Below the pieces are notes generated by a model. The model saw only the letters and a program-made list of their open reading frames with translations, was not told the origin of the DNA and did no database searches. A program made the position numbers and the translations under genes. A stretch of DNA of 47,212 nucleotides from Octopus bimaculoides (lineage: Eukaryota): NCBI RefSeq assembly GCF_001194135.2, contig NC_068999.1:23969752-24016963 (forward strand), in the 5' to 3' direction. Of this stretch, positions 14,221-25,975 are shown in pieces (the stretch's first letter is position 1; every line of letters begins with the position of its first letter).

Positions 14221-14299
<79 letters not shown>

Positions 14300-14344
14300 N
14301 NNNNNNNNNTATACATACACAAGATGTACCCACTGTGACCTGTT

Positions 14345-15070
14345 GGGTCACAACCACTCCAAGTTGAAAATATCGATGCGTGGCAGAGAAGGAAGAAATA
14401 CTATTTCAAACTTCATGCAATAAAATTCTTAAATAATAGAGTTCTCCTGCCTTTGGTGTGGCAACATAAACACGATCAAGTGTTTCTTCTTTGAAAACGT
14501 TCAAATAGTCTTCAACTTTTTTTCCTTGCTTTCTTCTTTGCCATTCTTTGTTACTACTGTTACAAGTGAATTAAATGGGTACTTCAACATAAAGTCATGT
14601 TTTTGCGAAATCATCATTGATGCACAATGGAAAGAATTCTGTCAATGTTGTTCTCATATGTTGTTCATTGACAGTCACATACATCTTCATTATTTCTGAG
14701 CCATATTCTTTGTTCATCTGGTAGGTGAACTTGCAGTCTCACTATTGCAGGTGCTCTTTCATGAATTGAAAATCCTAAAATGGATGCAACTGCTTTGGTT
14801 GGTCCAATATACTTATCCGTTAAGTATTGACTAATTCCATTAACATTGTTTATTTGAACAGCAGCTTGGTCATTTCCTTTCAGCATGTACTTGATGACGT
14901 ACTTAATTTACCTCACTGAGGCAATGATTTCAACGTTGCAGTGGCATTTAAATGCTCTTGAAAGAGTTTCATCATAAAGTACAACCCATTTGTTGTTGTT
15001 TGTTTTTCCATTCATATGAGATTCAACTCCTCCCATTGCAACTGATCTTCGCCTATAAAGAGATAGCTTC
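14345..15070 (-). mobile_element. Helitron Rep-Hel coding fragment (old, disrupted)
   Basis: Minus peptides LYRRRS...NNKWVVLYDETLSRAFKCHCNVE, IKYVIKYMLKGNDQA, YIGPTKAVASILGFSIHERAPAIVRLQVHLPDEQRIW and YYLRILLHEV. Confidence 0.85.
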
Positions 15071-15129
15071 TTTGTCTGTTTTTCTGCCTTTTGATTAAGA
15101 TGATAAAGATTAATATCTTATTTTAAATA

Positions 15130-16691
15130 TTAGGTTGTCATACATGAAATGTTGTATTTGAAAGGTAACACTAAAATGTCTCAGAAATGCTAGAGAACTG
15201 ATTTATTTAATCAAAGTATGATCCATGTTCATTTATGACGTTTATCCAACGTTTCTCTAAGTCATATATTCCATTTTTAAAACAAATTTCATCTTTTGCT
15301 GTGATAAACTGTCTGAATTCTTCAATTACCTCTTCTCTGTTTAAAAATGTTTTATTGCATGCTAGCAGAAATACCCGGCGTTGCCCGGGTTAAAGAGAAT
15401 AATGAAATCTAAAAACGCCGTCTAGACTACGCATCATCTTTATATATAGAGATGTATATACACACACGCACCCAAACACACGTATATATATGTATATCAA
15501 TATAAATATATGAAAGTCAATGAAGTTTCGTAAAAGAAGGTGATCATGTACATACTTTCTTGCTGTTGTGATTATAACACCTCATTGTAAACTATGTTCC
15601 TTGTTTTCCCTTGTGGAGCATATACAAATAGGTTTTTTGTTGCTGCCCACTCTTGAGCAGCCAACATACAGTTGTCCATGTGAGAAGCAGGGCTCTTCCA
15701 AGAGAAGACCAGCTACAGACAGTGTTTGACCCTGATATTTGTTTNNNNNNNNNNNNNNNNNNNNNNNNNNNNNNNNNNNNNNNNNNNNNNNNNNNNNNNN
15801 NNNNNNNNNNNNNNNNNNNNNNNNNNNNNNNNNNNNNNNNNNNNNNNNNNNNNNNNNNNNNNNNNNNNNNNNNNNNNNNNNNNNNNNNNNNNNNNNNNNN
15901 NNNNNNNNNNNNNNNNNNNNNNNNNNNNNNNNNNNNNNNNNNNNNNNNNNNNNNNNNNNNNNNNNNNNNNNNNNNNNNNNNNNNNNNNNNNNNNNNNNNN
16001 NNNNNNNNNNNNNNNNNNNNNNNNNNNNNNNNNNNNNNNNNNNNNNNNNNNNNNNNNNNNNNNNNNNNNNNNNNNNNNNNNNNNNNNNNNNNNNNNNNNN
16101 NNNNNNNNNNNNNNNNNNNNNNNNNNNNNNNNNNNNNNNNNNNNNNNNNNNNNNNNNNNNNNNNNNNNNNNNNNNNNNNNNNNNNNNNNNNNNNNNNNNN
16201 NNNNNNNNNNNNNNNNNNNNNNNNNNNNNNNNNNNNNNNNNNNNNNNNNNNNNNNNNNNNNNNNNNNNNNNNNNNNNNNNNNNNNNNNNNNNNNNNNNNN
16301 NNNNNNNNNNNNNNNNNNNNNNNNNNNNNNNNNNNNNNNNNNNNNNNNNNNNNNNNNNNNNNNNNNNNNNNNNNNNNNNNNNNNNNNNNNNNNNNNNNNN
16401 NNNNNNNNNNNNNNNNNNNNNNNNNNNNNNNNNNNNNNNNNNNNNNNNNNNNNNNNNNNNNNNNNNNNNNNNNNNNNNNNNNNNNNNNNNNNNNNNNNNN
16501 NNNNNNNNNNNTATGTGTGTGTGATGGGTGTATATATGTATAGATATCTGTATGCATGTATATATGTATATATGTGTACATATTACATGTACATCTATAT
16601 ATATATACATCTACACATATGTATACATATACATGTATGTATAGATCTATATATATATACATATACGTGTACATCTATATGTATACATATA

Positions 16692-16744
<53 letters not shown>

Positions 16745-16905
16745 TGCTCGCTCTCTCTCTCTTTCTCTCTCTCTCTCTCTGAAAGTATCTGTCATTACAG
16801 TATCGGAATGGTGTACATATACATGTATATGTATACATATACATCTCTCTCTCTCTCTTTCTGTCTCTCTCTTTNNNNNNNNNNNNNNNTTAGGGATTCA
16901 CACAC

Positions 16906-16940
<35 letters not shown>

Positions 16941-17984
16941 CACATTCTCATTTTTATATATATAGATGAAAAGCTCAAAATGCTTAAATAAGTGATAATC
17001 AGTAGGAGAGATATTAGGAGAATAGGAAGGATGTTGTAAAATCTCATAATTCAGGCTTTGCAACTTTTGGACTGTATCTTGTAAAGTATGAGGATGTGCA
17101 TTGTCGTGGAGCAAAATTGGACCATCTCTATTCACTGGTCTGGATTGCTTCTTTTTCAAATTTTCATGCATACAATCAATTTACTGGCAATACGATGTTG
17201 CTGTTACCGTTTTTCCTCGTTGCAAAAATGAATAATGAATAACCCCCTTCATAGACCACCATACAGTGACCACTAACTTTTTAAGGGTGCAATGGTGGTT
17301 TTAGGTGAGTCTCCTGCATCTAATCACTGTCCTGTTCTGCTGCTGTTGTCAAAGAGTATCCATTTCTCATCACATGTAATGATTTGATGCAAAAATGGTT
17401 CTTTTTCCAGTCAAGAAAGCAATAAGGAGCACACTTCAAGGCACCTGTTTTTTTTTTACTCTTGTTCAGTTGATGTAAAACAAACCTATCCATTTTTGTG
17501 ACTTTTACAATTTTTTTCTGGTGTTGAAAAACAGTTGTGCAAGATGTTTGGAGTTCTGTTGAAAGTTTTCGGACCATTGTTCTCAGATTTTGTTCAACTA
17601 AAACATTTAATCCATCAGGCCAGGTAACTGATTTTGGCCTCCCCATTGGTTCATTACCAAGGCTATCATCTCCTGAATGTGATCTTTGGAACCATCTCTG
17701 AACAGTTCTGATGTCAACAAAACCATTACCAAAGACCCGCTTGATATTCCGTAGAGCTTCAGTGGCAGAGTGACCCAGTTTATACTTATATAATATAAGA
17801 AAATCACTCAACATTGTTTGGTTGTTATCATTTTCATAAGGTCTGTGGGTACGAATTTTGTATACCAATATTGTTTCGAAAGAAAAAGAGTCAAGATTAA
17901 ATGCAAGGGTATACATAATTGAGTTTTTAAATGACTGAAATAACAAGTAATTAAAAATGTGACATTTCATGTGTGACAACCTAA
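15130..17984 (-). mobile_element. Full-length mariner (Hsmar1/cecropia-like), inactive, interrupted by a Helitron
   Basis: TIRs TTAGGTTGTCA(T/C)ACATGAAATGT at both ends, with TA at 15128-15129 and 17985-17986. Transposase peptides YKLGHSATEALRNI...TVQRWFQR, IITCDEKWI, PILLHDNAHPH...HPSYSPNISPTDYHLFKH, and after 15361 CNKTF...RWINVINEHGSYFD*. Length without the insert is 1250 bp. Confidence 0.93.
15362..16966 (-). mobile_element. Non-autonomous Helitron with helicase C-terminal remnant
   Basis: 5' end A|TCTATATATATAAAAATGAG at 16966. 3' GC hairpin ACCCGG-loop-CCGGGT (15373-15390), then CTAG (15365-15362). Peptide NKYQGQTL...EPCFSHGQLYVGCSRVG at 15582-15744. No TSD. Confidence 0.9.
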
Positions 17985-18608
17985 TAAAATAGTAATTTTC
18001 CCCTTTAAGAAAAAACAAAAAAATCAAGTCCCTATGATTCAAAAATTATCTTATAAAAATATAGGGAGAATTTCTATCACTTGAAAGNNNNNNNNNNNNN
18101 NNNNNNNNNNNNNNNNNNNNNNNNNNNNNNNNNNNNNNNNNNNNNNNNNNNNNNNNNNNNNNNNNNNNNNNNNNNNNNNNNNNNNNNNNNNNNNNNNNNN
18201 NNNNNNNNNNNNNNNNNNNNNNNNNNNNNNNNNNNNNNNNNNNNNNNNNNNNNNNNNNNNNNNNNNNNNNNNNNNNNNNNNNNNNNNNNNNNNNNNNNNN
18301 NNNNNNNNNNNNNNNNNNNNNNNNNNNNNNNNNNNNNNNNNNNNNNNNNNNNNNNNNNNNNNNNNNNNNNNNNNNNNNNNNNNNNNNNNNNNNNNNNNNN
18401 NNNNNNNNNNNNNNNNNNNNNNNNNNNNNNNNNNNNNNNNNNNNNNNNNNNNNNNNNNNNNNNNNNNNNNNNNNNNNNNNNNNNNNNNNNNNNNNNNNNN
18501 NNNNNNNNNNNNNNNNNNNNNNNNNNNNNNNNNNNNNNNNNNNNNNNNNNNNNNNNNNNNNNNNNNNNNNNNNNNNNNNNNNNNNNNNNNNNNNNNNNNN
18601 NNNNNNNN

Positions 18609-18658
<50 letters not shown>

Positions 18659-19051
18659 CTTAGATATGTTTTGGCCAAAGATTGGCCCAGGCCATGTCTC
18701 ACATTACACCAGGCATCCAGCTATAGAAACTTTGCCAGATCAGATTGAGCTTTTGCTGAACGATCTGCACAAATGGTTTGTTTATAGTGATCAAATGTAT
18801 GTGCTGTACATTAGCTCACTCCTTTCAATGTTGCCTGAAGAGGTGTATTACACGTCAGGCGTTGAAGTGATTGCAGAGCAACACAAGACAAAGTGTTGTG
18901 CTCAACAACACAATGCACCACCTGGTCTAGGAATTGAAACCATGATCTTGCAATCACGAGTGCAACATCCTAACCACCAGGCCATGTGTATATAATGCAT
19001 ATGTACATATATGTATGTATGTACATGTGTACATACATAATGTATATGTAT

Positions 19052-19240
19052 ATCTCTTTTACTTCTTTCATTCATTTGACTGCGGCCATGCTGGAACACT
19101 GCCTTTAGTCAAACAAATTGACTCCAGGACTTATTCTTTGTAAGCCTAGTACTTATTCTATCGGTCTTTTTTTGCCAAACCGCTAAGTTACGGGAATGCA
19201 AACACACCAACATCAGCTGTCAAAATGATGGTGGGGGAAC
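19052..19240 (+). mobile_element. Interspersed SINE-like repeat, family B
   Basis: TTTGACTGCGGCCATGCTGG...GTACTTATTCTATC...GCTAAGTTACGGG. Other copies: 6505-6690(-), 14005-14198(-), 26455-26640(+), 28865-29050(+), 45805-45990(-). Confidence 0.8.
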
Positions 19241-19629
19241 AAACATAGATACACAAACACATACATGCATATATATACAAGGTGATTCAAAAGTCAGCAT
19301 ACATAGGAAAAATTTTTTTTTTATAAGAAACAGCTAAATATAAAAATATTGTTTCTTATAAAAAAAATAAATTGTTCTTATGTATGGCAACTTTTGANNN
19401 NNNNNNNNNATATATATATATATATATATATAATGACGGGCTTCTTTCAGTTTCCATCTACCAAATTCACTCACAAAGCTTTGGTCAGCCTGAGGCTATA
19501 GTTGAAGACACTTGCCTAAGGTGCCACACAGTGGGACTGAATCCGGAACCATGTGGTTGGGAAGCAAGCTTCTTATCACACAGACCCTCTACTTATTTTA
19601 CATATATATACATATATTATGAATTTCTA

Positions 19630-20395
19630 GAAATGAGGAGGGAACAAGACCACTGAAGTTCTGAAAGTCAAATGATGGGTTGATCTGCAAGACTAACTTC
19701 AGGAAACTTACCAGCCACCTGATCACCATCAATCTGGTGGGCACGTAAGCCAGATTTACTACATTCTTGTCAGAAAATTGGCCAAGTTGACGCTAGTGAA
19801 TGCAAAGTTCTTCTCTGGTGAAAAATGTACTACCTAACATAAATCAGTAGTTAATGAGCTAGAATAACTTGCATGCAAATCAATCTGGAAAAGAAGGATA
19901 TGAATACTTACAGATTCTTTGAACAGTCAGAGGCTTATCAATTGAAGCCTTTCACAAAAAAGGAGGGAGTAATAATGTATAGCACAGAGGATAATTGGAA
20001 GTTCTTATGAAACAGCCTACTGAGGGTAATAGTCCAGATCTGTGGCTGGTGCAAAGTTCCAGGCAGAGCAAGGGTGATGTGGTGGTAGAACAAGTAGAGC
20101 TATGAAAGCAAAGAGACAGGCTTGGAAAGATTGGAAGACTGGCACAACAGAGAACTATGCCATCTATCTCGAAGTGAAGCTAGGAGACAGGTCTAGTTGA
20201 CGAGGGAAGAAGCAGAAAGGAAGAGGTTTGACAATCTTCTACAGAGTAAGGACTAGGGGCATGAGGTGTTCTGGATTGCAAGACAGTGCATCAGAGAAAA
20301 TTGTGATGTTGTAGGAGAGAAGTGTGTATAGATGAAGATAAACTTACACTGGAGGCATAGAAGTATCACAATGAGAGGCTACAAAATGTGGAAAG
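19630..20395 (+). mobile_element. Degraded RTE LINE fragment (end of APE endonuclease to pre-RT linker)
   Basis: HLIT..QSGGHVSQIYYILVRK. 20030-20330 aligns by eye with 3745-4060 of the first RTE. Confidence 0.75.
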
Positions 20396-20500
20396 AGTAT
20401 ATTTACACACACATATATATATATATTAACACACACACACACACAATTATATTTTCATATTGATATACATATATTTATAGATCAATAGTTAGAAAGATAC

Positions 20501-20809
20501 CTTTCAAAGCTATGATGTGCATAGCTGTTTTCTGAGCTGAAGAACTGTCTTTCATATTAACATCACAATTAGCTTTTGTTAGAAGATGGATAACTTTTGA
20601 GAACCCTTCTATTGCTGCCAGCATAAGAGGTGTGTTACCACTGTCATTGTACACATTAGGATTTGCACCTGCTTTCAGTAGTTGTTTCACCCCAGTTGCT
20701 TTATGCGCTGCATGATGAAGAGCTGTCCATCCATAACAGTCAGTTGCATTCACATCACAGTCTGGCCGAGATAGAACTTCCTCTAAAATCAAATACTTCT
20801 TTTTAATAA
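20501..20809 (-). CDS. ASB-family gene exon, central ankyrin repeats
   Basis: ORF 20475..20792 (DCDVNATDCYGWTALHHAA, GANPNVYNDSGNTPLMLAA). The poly-T acceptor ends CCAG| at 20811-20810; donor AAG|GTATCT at 20500. The phase-1 junction gives a continuous repeat NTPLIIS-V-IKKKYLILEEVL. Confidence 0.93.
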
Positions 20810-20813
20810 CTGG

Positions 20814-20846
<33 letters not shown>

Positions 20847-22632
20847 AACTGAACTGTTAGGAACACTGCAGGGTACTCTTTATGCTTTATAAGGTAATTT
20901 TATAAAAAATGACACTGAAATAATTGGGTGATATTCATGATAATAGCAGCAGTTAACCTAGTGGAAGTGACTTGTTACTAGGATTTTGTGCAAATATTAG
21001 CTTCTGTTAAGGTAGTGAGCTGGCAGAATCATTAGCACACCAGGCAAAGTGTTTTGTGGTATTTCAACCATCTTTATGTTCTGACTGCCTTTCATCCTTT
21101 TGGGGCTGAGTACTGGGGTCGATGTAATCGATTTACTCCTCCCAGAAATTGCTGGCCTTGTGCCAAATTTTGAAACTGATATTAGCTTTTGATGAAGAAT
21201 TACTTTTTTCTTATGTAATTGAAAAGATTTTATTGTAGAATCTCACTTCAATTGGTGAACACTTAAAAAAGTAATCTATACATTTTCTTGTAAATGTGTT
21301 ACTATAAATTTGTAATATAAATGTTCTCATTAGATGCTAGAGAGAAAAAGGAGAAATTTATTAAAAATTCGTCAAATTTTATCTCAGTTTGTCTAATTTT
21401 ATCTCAATTTGTCTAATTTTATTTCAACATAGAACGAATGAAAAATATATAACAAAATTACTCAATTTCATTTGTTCATGCAATTCTTATGTTTTACTGA
21501 GAACAAATGTACTGAGAAAGCTGTTGAGCATAGAAATAACAGTTGCAACAATATGGTTTAATAACAGATGATATAGACTGGGTAATGGGTTCTTGTATTA
21601 AAAGAAGACCGAGGAAACGATGAGCTCAGATATGAGACCTTTGGGGTTGACAGATGAAATAGCCTAGGATATAGACCTTGTAGCCATGTCATAATGTAAA
21701 ACTAAAAGTTAAAATGATGGTGATGATGATGATAAAAGGTTTTAGCCTAGTGTTGTTGCATCTCAGATAATTTCCATTATATTTGTTAAAATCATTACTG
21801 AATAAGATCAAAATTCAAAGAACTTTGAGTCGCAATATATCAAATTTTCAACATCAATGAACAAGCCTATCTAATTAGTGTTCATATGATAAGTAGTTGC
21901 CAAGAATATGCTATTGTTACACAGAGAATACTGTCATAGATCAGAATAGAATGAATAATCTTTCAAATTATTTTTTTTAATAAACTTTTTTTTAAGAAAA
22001 CACTCAATCAGTAGTTATCAATATAAAAAATGTGAATCAGTGTGAGTCAGATTGAAATTGAATAGATTCGATAAAAATTAAATTTAATAAGATGTCAAAA
22101 GAGCTTTTTTTATAATTTGCTACATTCTTAAATTGTGCTGGGTTTCCATACTGTACAAAAGAAAAAAGTTCATTGCCAGAACCTGTTGACATGAAGAGGC
22201 TAATAACACATTAGACTACTAGTTCAGAAGAACTCAAGAACTGAAATTCTTATCTATTATAATAAGAACAAAGCCAAACTGTTCGCCCCATTCCAGCTAT
22301 GGAAAAAAAAAAAAAAAAAGATGTAAAATTATGATGATAATGATGTTATTAAATTCTGTGCATTTTGTCAAAATAGAAATTAGTAGGAGTATTAACAAAA
22401 ACAGTATTAGAAACAGTGGTGGAAGGTCTAGCAGTATTGTAGAGCATGCTGGGCAAAATACTTAGTGACATTTCTTCTGGTTTTACATTCTGAGTTCAAA
22501 TTCTATCAAAGCTGACTTTGCTTTCATCCATTTGGCACTGATAAAATAAATACCAAGCCAATATAATTGACTATACCCCCTCCTACAGAATTTCTGGCCT
22601 TGTGCCAATTGTGGAAAGGATTATTATTATTA

Positions 22633-22682
<50 letters not shown>

Positions 22683-22899
22683 TGGAATTGTGGTTTTAAA
22701 GGTAGTGTTGAAAGTATTTGTTAAGTTTGAAGGAATAGGCAGTACTTCTTGGTTATCCTAAGTAAGATTGATGAGTTATTACTGAGTTTGAACAACTCCA
22801 AGCCAACATCTGCAGGAAAAACTTAGGCAGGAAGAGAATTCTAGAGGTTTACAGGTTTCCAGTTGACTGTTGGAATGAAAGTGCCCTATGATACCAAAA

Positions 22900-23660
22900 G
22901 AATCTGCAATATTGAAACTGAAGAAACATAGATCTATGTACTGGACATCTGAACAAGAACTTAATCTTAGCTAATCTTTGATAGTTCACCATTGAATCTT
23001 GATATGATGTGTAATCTGCAGGAAATATCAGTCTCCTCTCACATAACAACTGTCAGATTTCTGCAGTCAAATACTGATTACTGGGAGACTACAATTGTGA
23101 TTTTTGAGGGTAAAGAGAAAGACGTTTGATGAAATGGTATGGTATAATTTTCACACACCTGAATGTTCGAACAGTTCATTTGGAAATGGCTTTTGTTCAT
23201 GTCATAGATTCTTATATAGATACCATCAAGAAATTCATGTCAAAAAGAGAAAAATTATCTTCTGTACATCTGATAAAGGAACATATTCAATTGGTGTAAA
23301 AAGGGATTAAAGAACCAGTTTGAAGATAGGGTGTTCACCAGATCTCTAGCCAATTACTTCAAAGGAAGATTTAGTGGGAACTTAATTATCCTGCAGTATC
23401 TCATTTTGCCAGCGTCAAAGAAAGGCTGATTTGTTCTTGATGGAAGGTTTTATATTCAGTCATACATGAAGAGCTGCATACACACAGTTTTCTGTGAAGT
23501 TATAATGGAAAATGAATGTACTCAGATAAAGAACTCAGAGTACAATTTCAGTGTGCGCACATCAAGCACTCTTTAACAATAAGCTTCAAACTTTCTGGAA
23601 AATGGGCACCAGATGCAATATCTTTCTGATTTATCAAAAGAACATGGACCCAGTAATATC
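22900..23660 (+). mobile_element. Possible very degraded Penelope-like RT fragment
   Basis: FVLDGRFYIQ...CEVIMENE resembles FxFxGxxYxQ...LAxIxMExxE. RCNIFLIY resembles RYVDDIFxIW. Confidence 0.3.
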
Positions 23661-23812
23661 ATCCTACCTACCGACTCAACAGAAAGAGTATGCAGCACAA
23701 ATGAAATATCAAGGTTAGAGATTTGTTATTGATGACCAATGTTTCTAAGGAAACATTCTGGACACTGAAAGAATCTTTGAGGTAATAAAGGATAAAAGAC
23801 AGTGTTGTAACA

Positions 23813-24091
23813 TTATTTACATTTGACGGATATTTGTCCTCATCTTGTTTGTGGTCAACATGTTTCAGCTGATATATCCTCCAGCCTTCATCAGGTGTCT
23901 TGGGGAAATTTCGAACTTGGGTTCTCATTCCTAAGGCAAATTTCGATGTAATTATTATTATTATTATTATTATTATACAGGTCACAGCCTGGAATCGAAC
24001 TCAGAATCATGTGGTTAGTAGCCCATGCTCTTAACCACTATGCCATAAGCCCATACACAATGTACATAATTCCTCATCTCTTAAATATAGA
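23813..24091 (-). mobile_element. Composite SINE: tRNA-like Pol III head + (AAT)n + hammerhead-ribozyme core, 14-bp flanking direct repeat
   Basis: ACAGTGTTGTAACA at 23799-23812 and 24092-24105. A-box TGGCATAGTGG (24045-24035); B-box GAGTTCGATTCC (24002-23991). CTGATGA-A-GGCTG-loop-CAGCT-GAAA at 23894-23863. Confidence 0.75.
23853..23900 (-). ncRNA. Degenerate minimal type-I hammerhead ribozyme
   Basis: GACAC CTGATGA A GGCTG GAGGATATAT CAGCT GAAA CATGTT. Core boxes and helix II are intact; helix III is palindromic (ACATGT); helix I pairs poorly in this copy. Confidence 0.55.
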
Positions 24092-24719
24092 ACAGTGTTG
24101 TAACAATTGTTCAGGTGAAAATAGTCTCAACAGTCCAAGTGTATGACATGTCTTCTGTTTGGTTCTGAGTTGATCATCAGAATCATACTTATAAAGTGTA
24201 GTGATCTTTCATTGATATTTGTTGATATATTGTAAAAAGTGAGTACACAGTGTTTTGGAAATTTTAGTGTTTTCTAACTCTAGATAAAGGTAGATAACTA
24301 AGCATTGGCATTATTAGTACAGGGGTTCTTATGTCTTTGAAAGAACATGTTCGAAGGACTGGTTTAACAGCTAATTGGATTTCATGTTGTACAATATAAT
24401 TGAGTTAACAAAACTCACAAATCCATAAATATAATTAGAAATATTTAGTTATATACATAAAAAAAAAAAAACTGAAAATTTGTTATCAAAGACTAAATGA
24501 AAATTTTATGTTATGAAGTTTATAAAAAGCATTAGTAGTTTGAACATTTTAAATGTATTTGAAGCAAATAACTATTAATTTTTTTTAAATTTTGAGTATA
24601 TAACTGATTTTGTAATTGAAAGATTAAGAGAAAGAATAAAGAGAAATTATTATTTTATTTCATTTGTTGAGTCTGAAGGAAGGGATATTGTCTTTGATTA
24701 TTTTCTGGCTCTCTGAGGC

Positions 24720-25975
24720 TAGTTAACTTGATGCTGTTAATGTTTCATTTAAACAGCTGTAGGTACACAGCTGCAGGAAAGACAAAAGAAGGGAGAAGAT
24801 TCCAGAGACATGACATTCTAAAGAGAAAGTACTGAATATAATGGTTAGTGTGGCACTCAGGGATTGGATATCCAAAGTGACGAGAGGTAGGAAGACAAGT
24901 GGTGGGTGGGACCAACCAGCTCTGAGGAACAAAAGCCATTGTTGAGTCTGGAGGAAAGGGTAGTGTCTTTGATTTCTGCAGGCCCTCTGAAACTAGGTAG
25001 CTTGATGCTATTAGTGTTTCAGGCAAGCAAATGCAGGAAAGGCAAGAGAAAGAAGATTCCAGACATTCTGAGGAGGAAGGACTGAGTATAATGGTTAGAG
25101 TATAATGATAGAAAAAGCAGAGAAAAGAGGTGGCACAGCTGTGGCTCAGAGGCTGGAGTGTGTCTATTAGTGACTGAATACTAATTAATTGATTGGTTCT
25201 TCTCTAGATGCAGGCAGTACTTTCCCAGATGGGGAGCCTACTGGAATAGAAGGGAGTAGATTTGGAAGAGCTCAGACGGGGATGTATAGTGTAAAGATGG
25301 ACACAAAGCAAGCGGTGGAGAAGAGGCTTTCTCCATGGGTGGTACTGTTTACAGAGGCATCGTTATTTTCAAGAGGAGGAAAAGAAAACTTCACAAAGTT
25401 GGTGGAGATTCTATTAGCAAGGGACTCATAGGATTGGCTGTAGTTTTGGAGGTGAGAAAGCTTGAGGCCTATATTGTACATGAAGGCATCCTTTGCACAC
25501 TGGATAATGGTCTTACAAAAATTGCACTGCTGGATGAACAACTTCCAGGTTTGTGAAGTGGGTGACATTCTCCAAGCATTGCAGGCCTTGTTTTTCTTTT
25601 TTTTGTATGTGAACAGTGTGGACTTGAGACATTGAGATTTTGTTGTGTGTGGGATGTGATGGGACATGCCTGAAAAGATGTTATCCACTCAGTTATTTCT
25701 GATGGGTCAGGAGTAAGCATGTGTGCTGCCAAGGATCCTCAACTAGTTGGGTGTCTTGAAGGACTAGTGTCTAGAAGGAGGAGGGTATTGTGCAATATGT
25801 GAGTGTGTGTAGGACAGCTTCAATGAAGTAGAAGTTGGAACTTCCAATAAGTACAGAGACAGACATGGTTTGGAGGTGAGAAAGAGACCAAGAGTGTTTG
25901 AAGTATTTGTGTGAGTGGGAAATGGAATAGGCCTATAATAGACAACAACAGCAGTTGTGGTGGCTTTCAAAGCTG
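24720..25975 (-). mobile_element. CR1/L2/Jockey-type LINE relic lacking the RT core
   Basis: FPTHTNTSNTLGLFLTSKP (end of APE), TTHGESLFSTACFVSIFTL (pre-RT linker) and PECHTNHYIQYFLFRMSCLWNLLPSFVFP..LQLFK (C-terminus). Confidence 0.7.

Noticed and set aside
14345-16966. Head-to-tail Helitron concatemer
   Set aside because: The DNA between the CTAG end and the Rep fragment is the mariner 3' end, so nesting explains the order.
21377-21425. Three ~20-bp direct repeats (GTCTAATTTTATCTCAATTT), possible CRISPR-like array
   Set aside because: Contiguous tandem duplication with no spacers, in eukaryotic context.
23985-24050. tRNA gene
   Set aside because: A/B boxes are present but there is no closing acceptor stem or T-run terminator. 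It is a SINE head, as are the other A/B-box pairs in the window.
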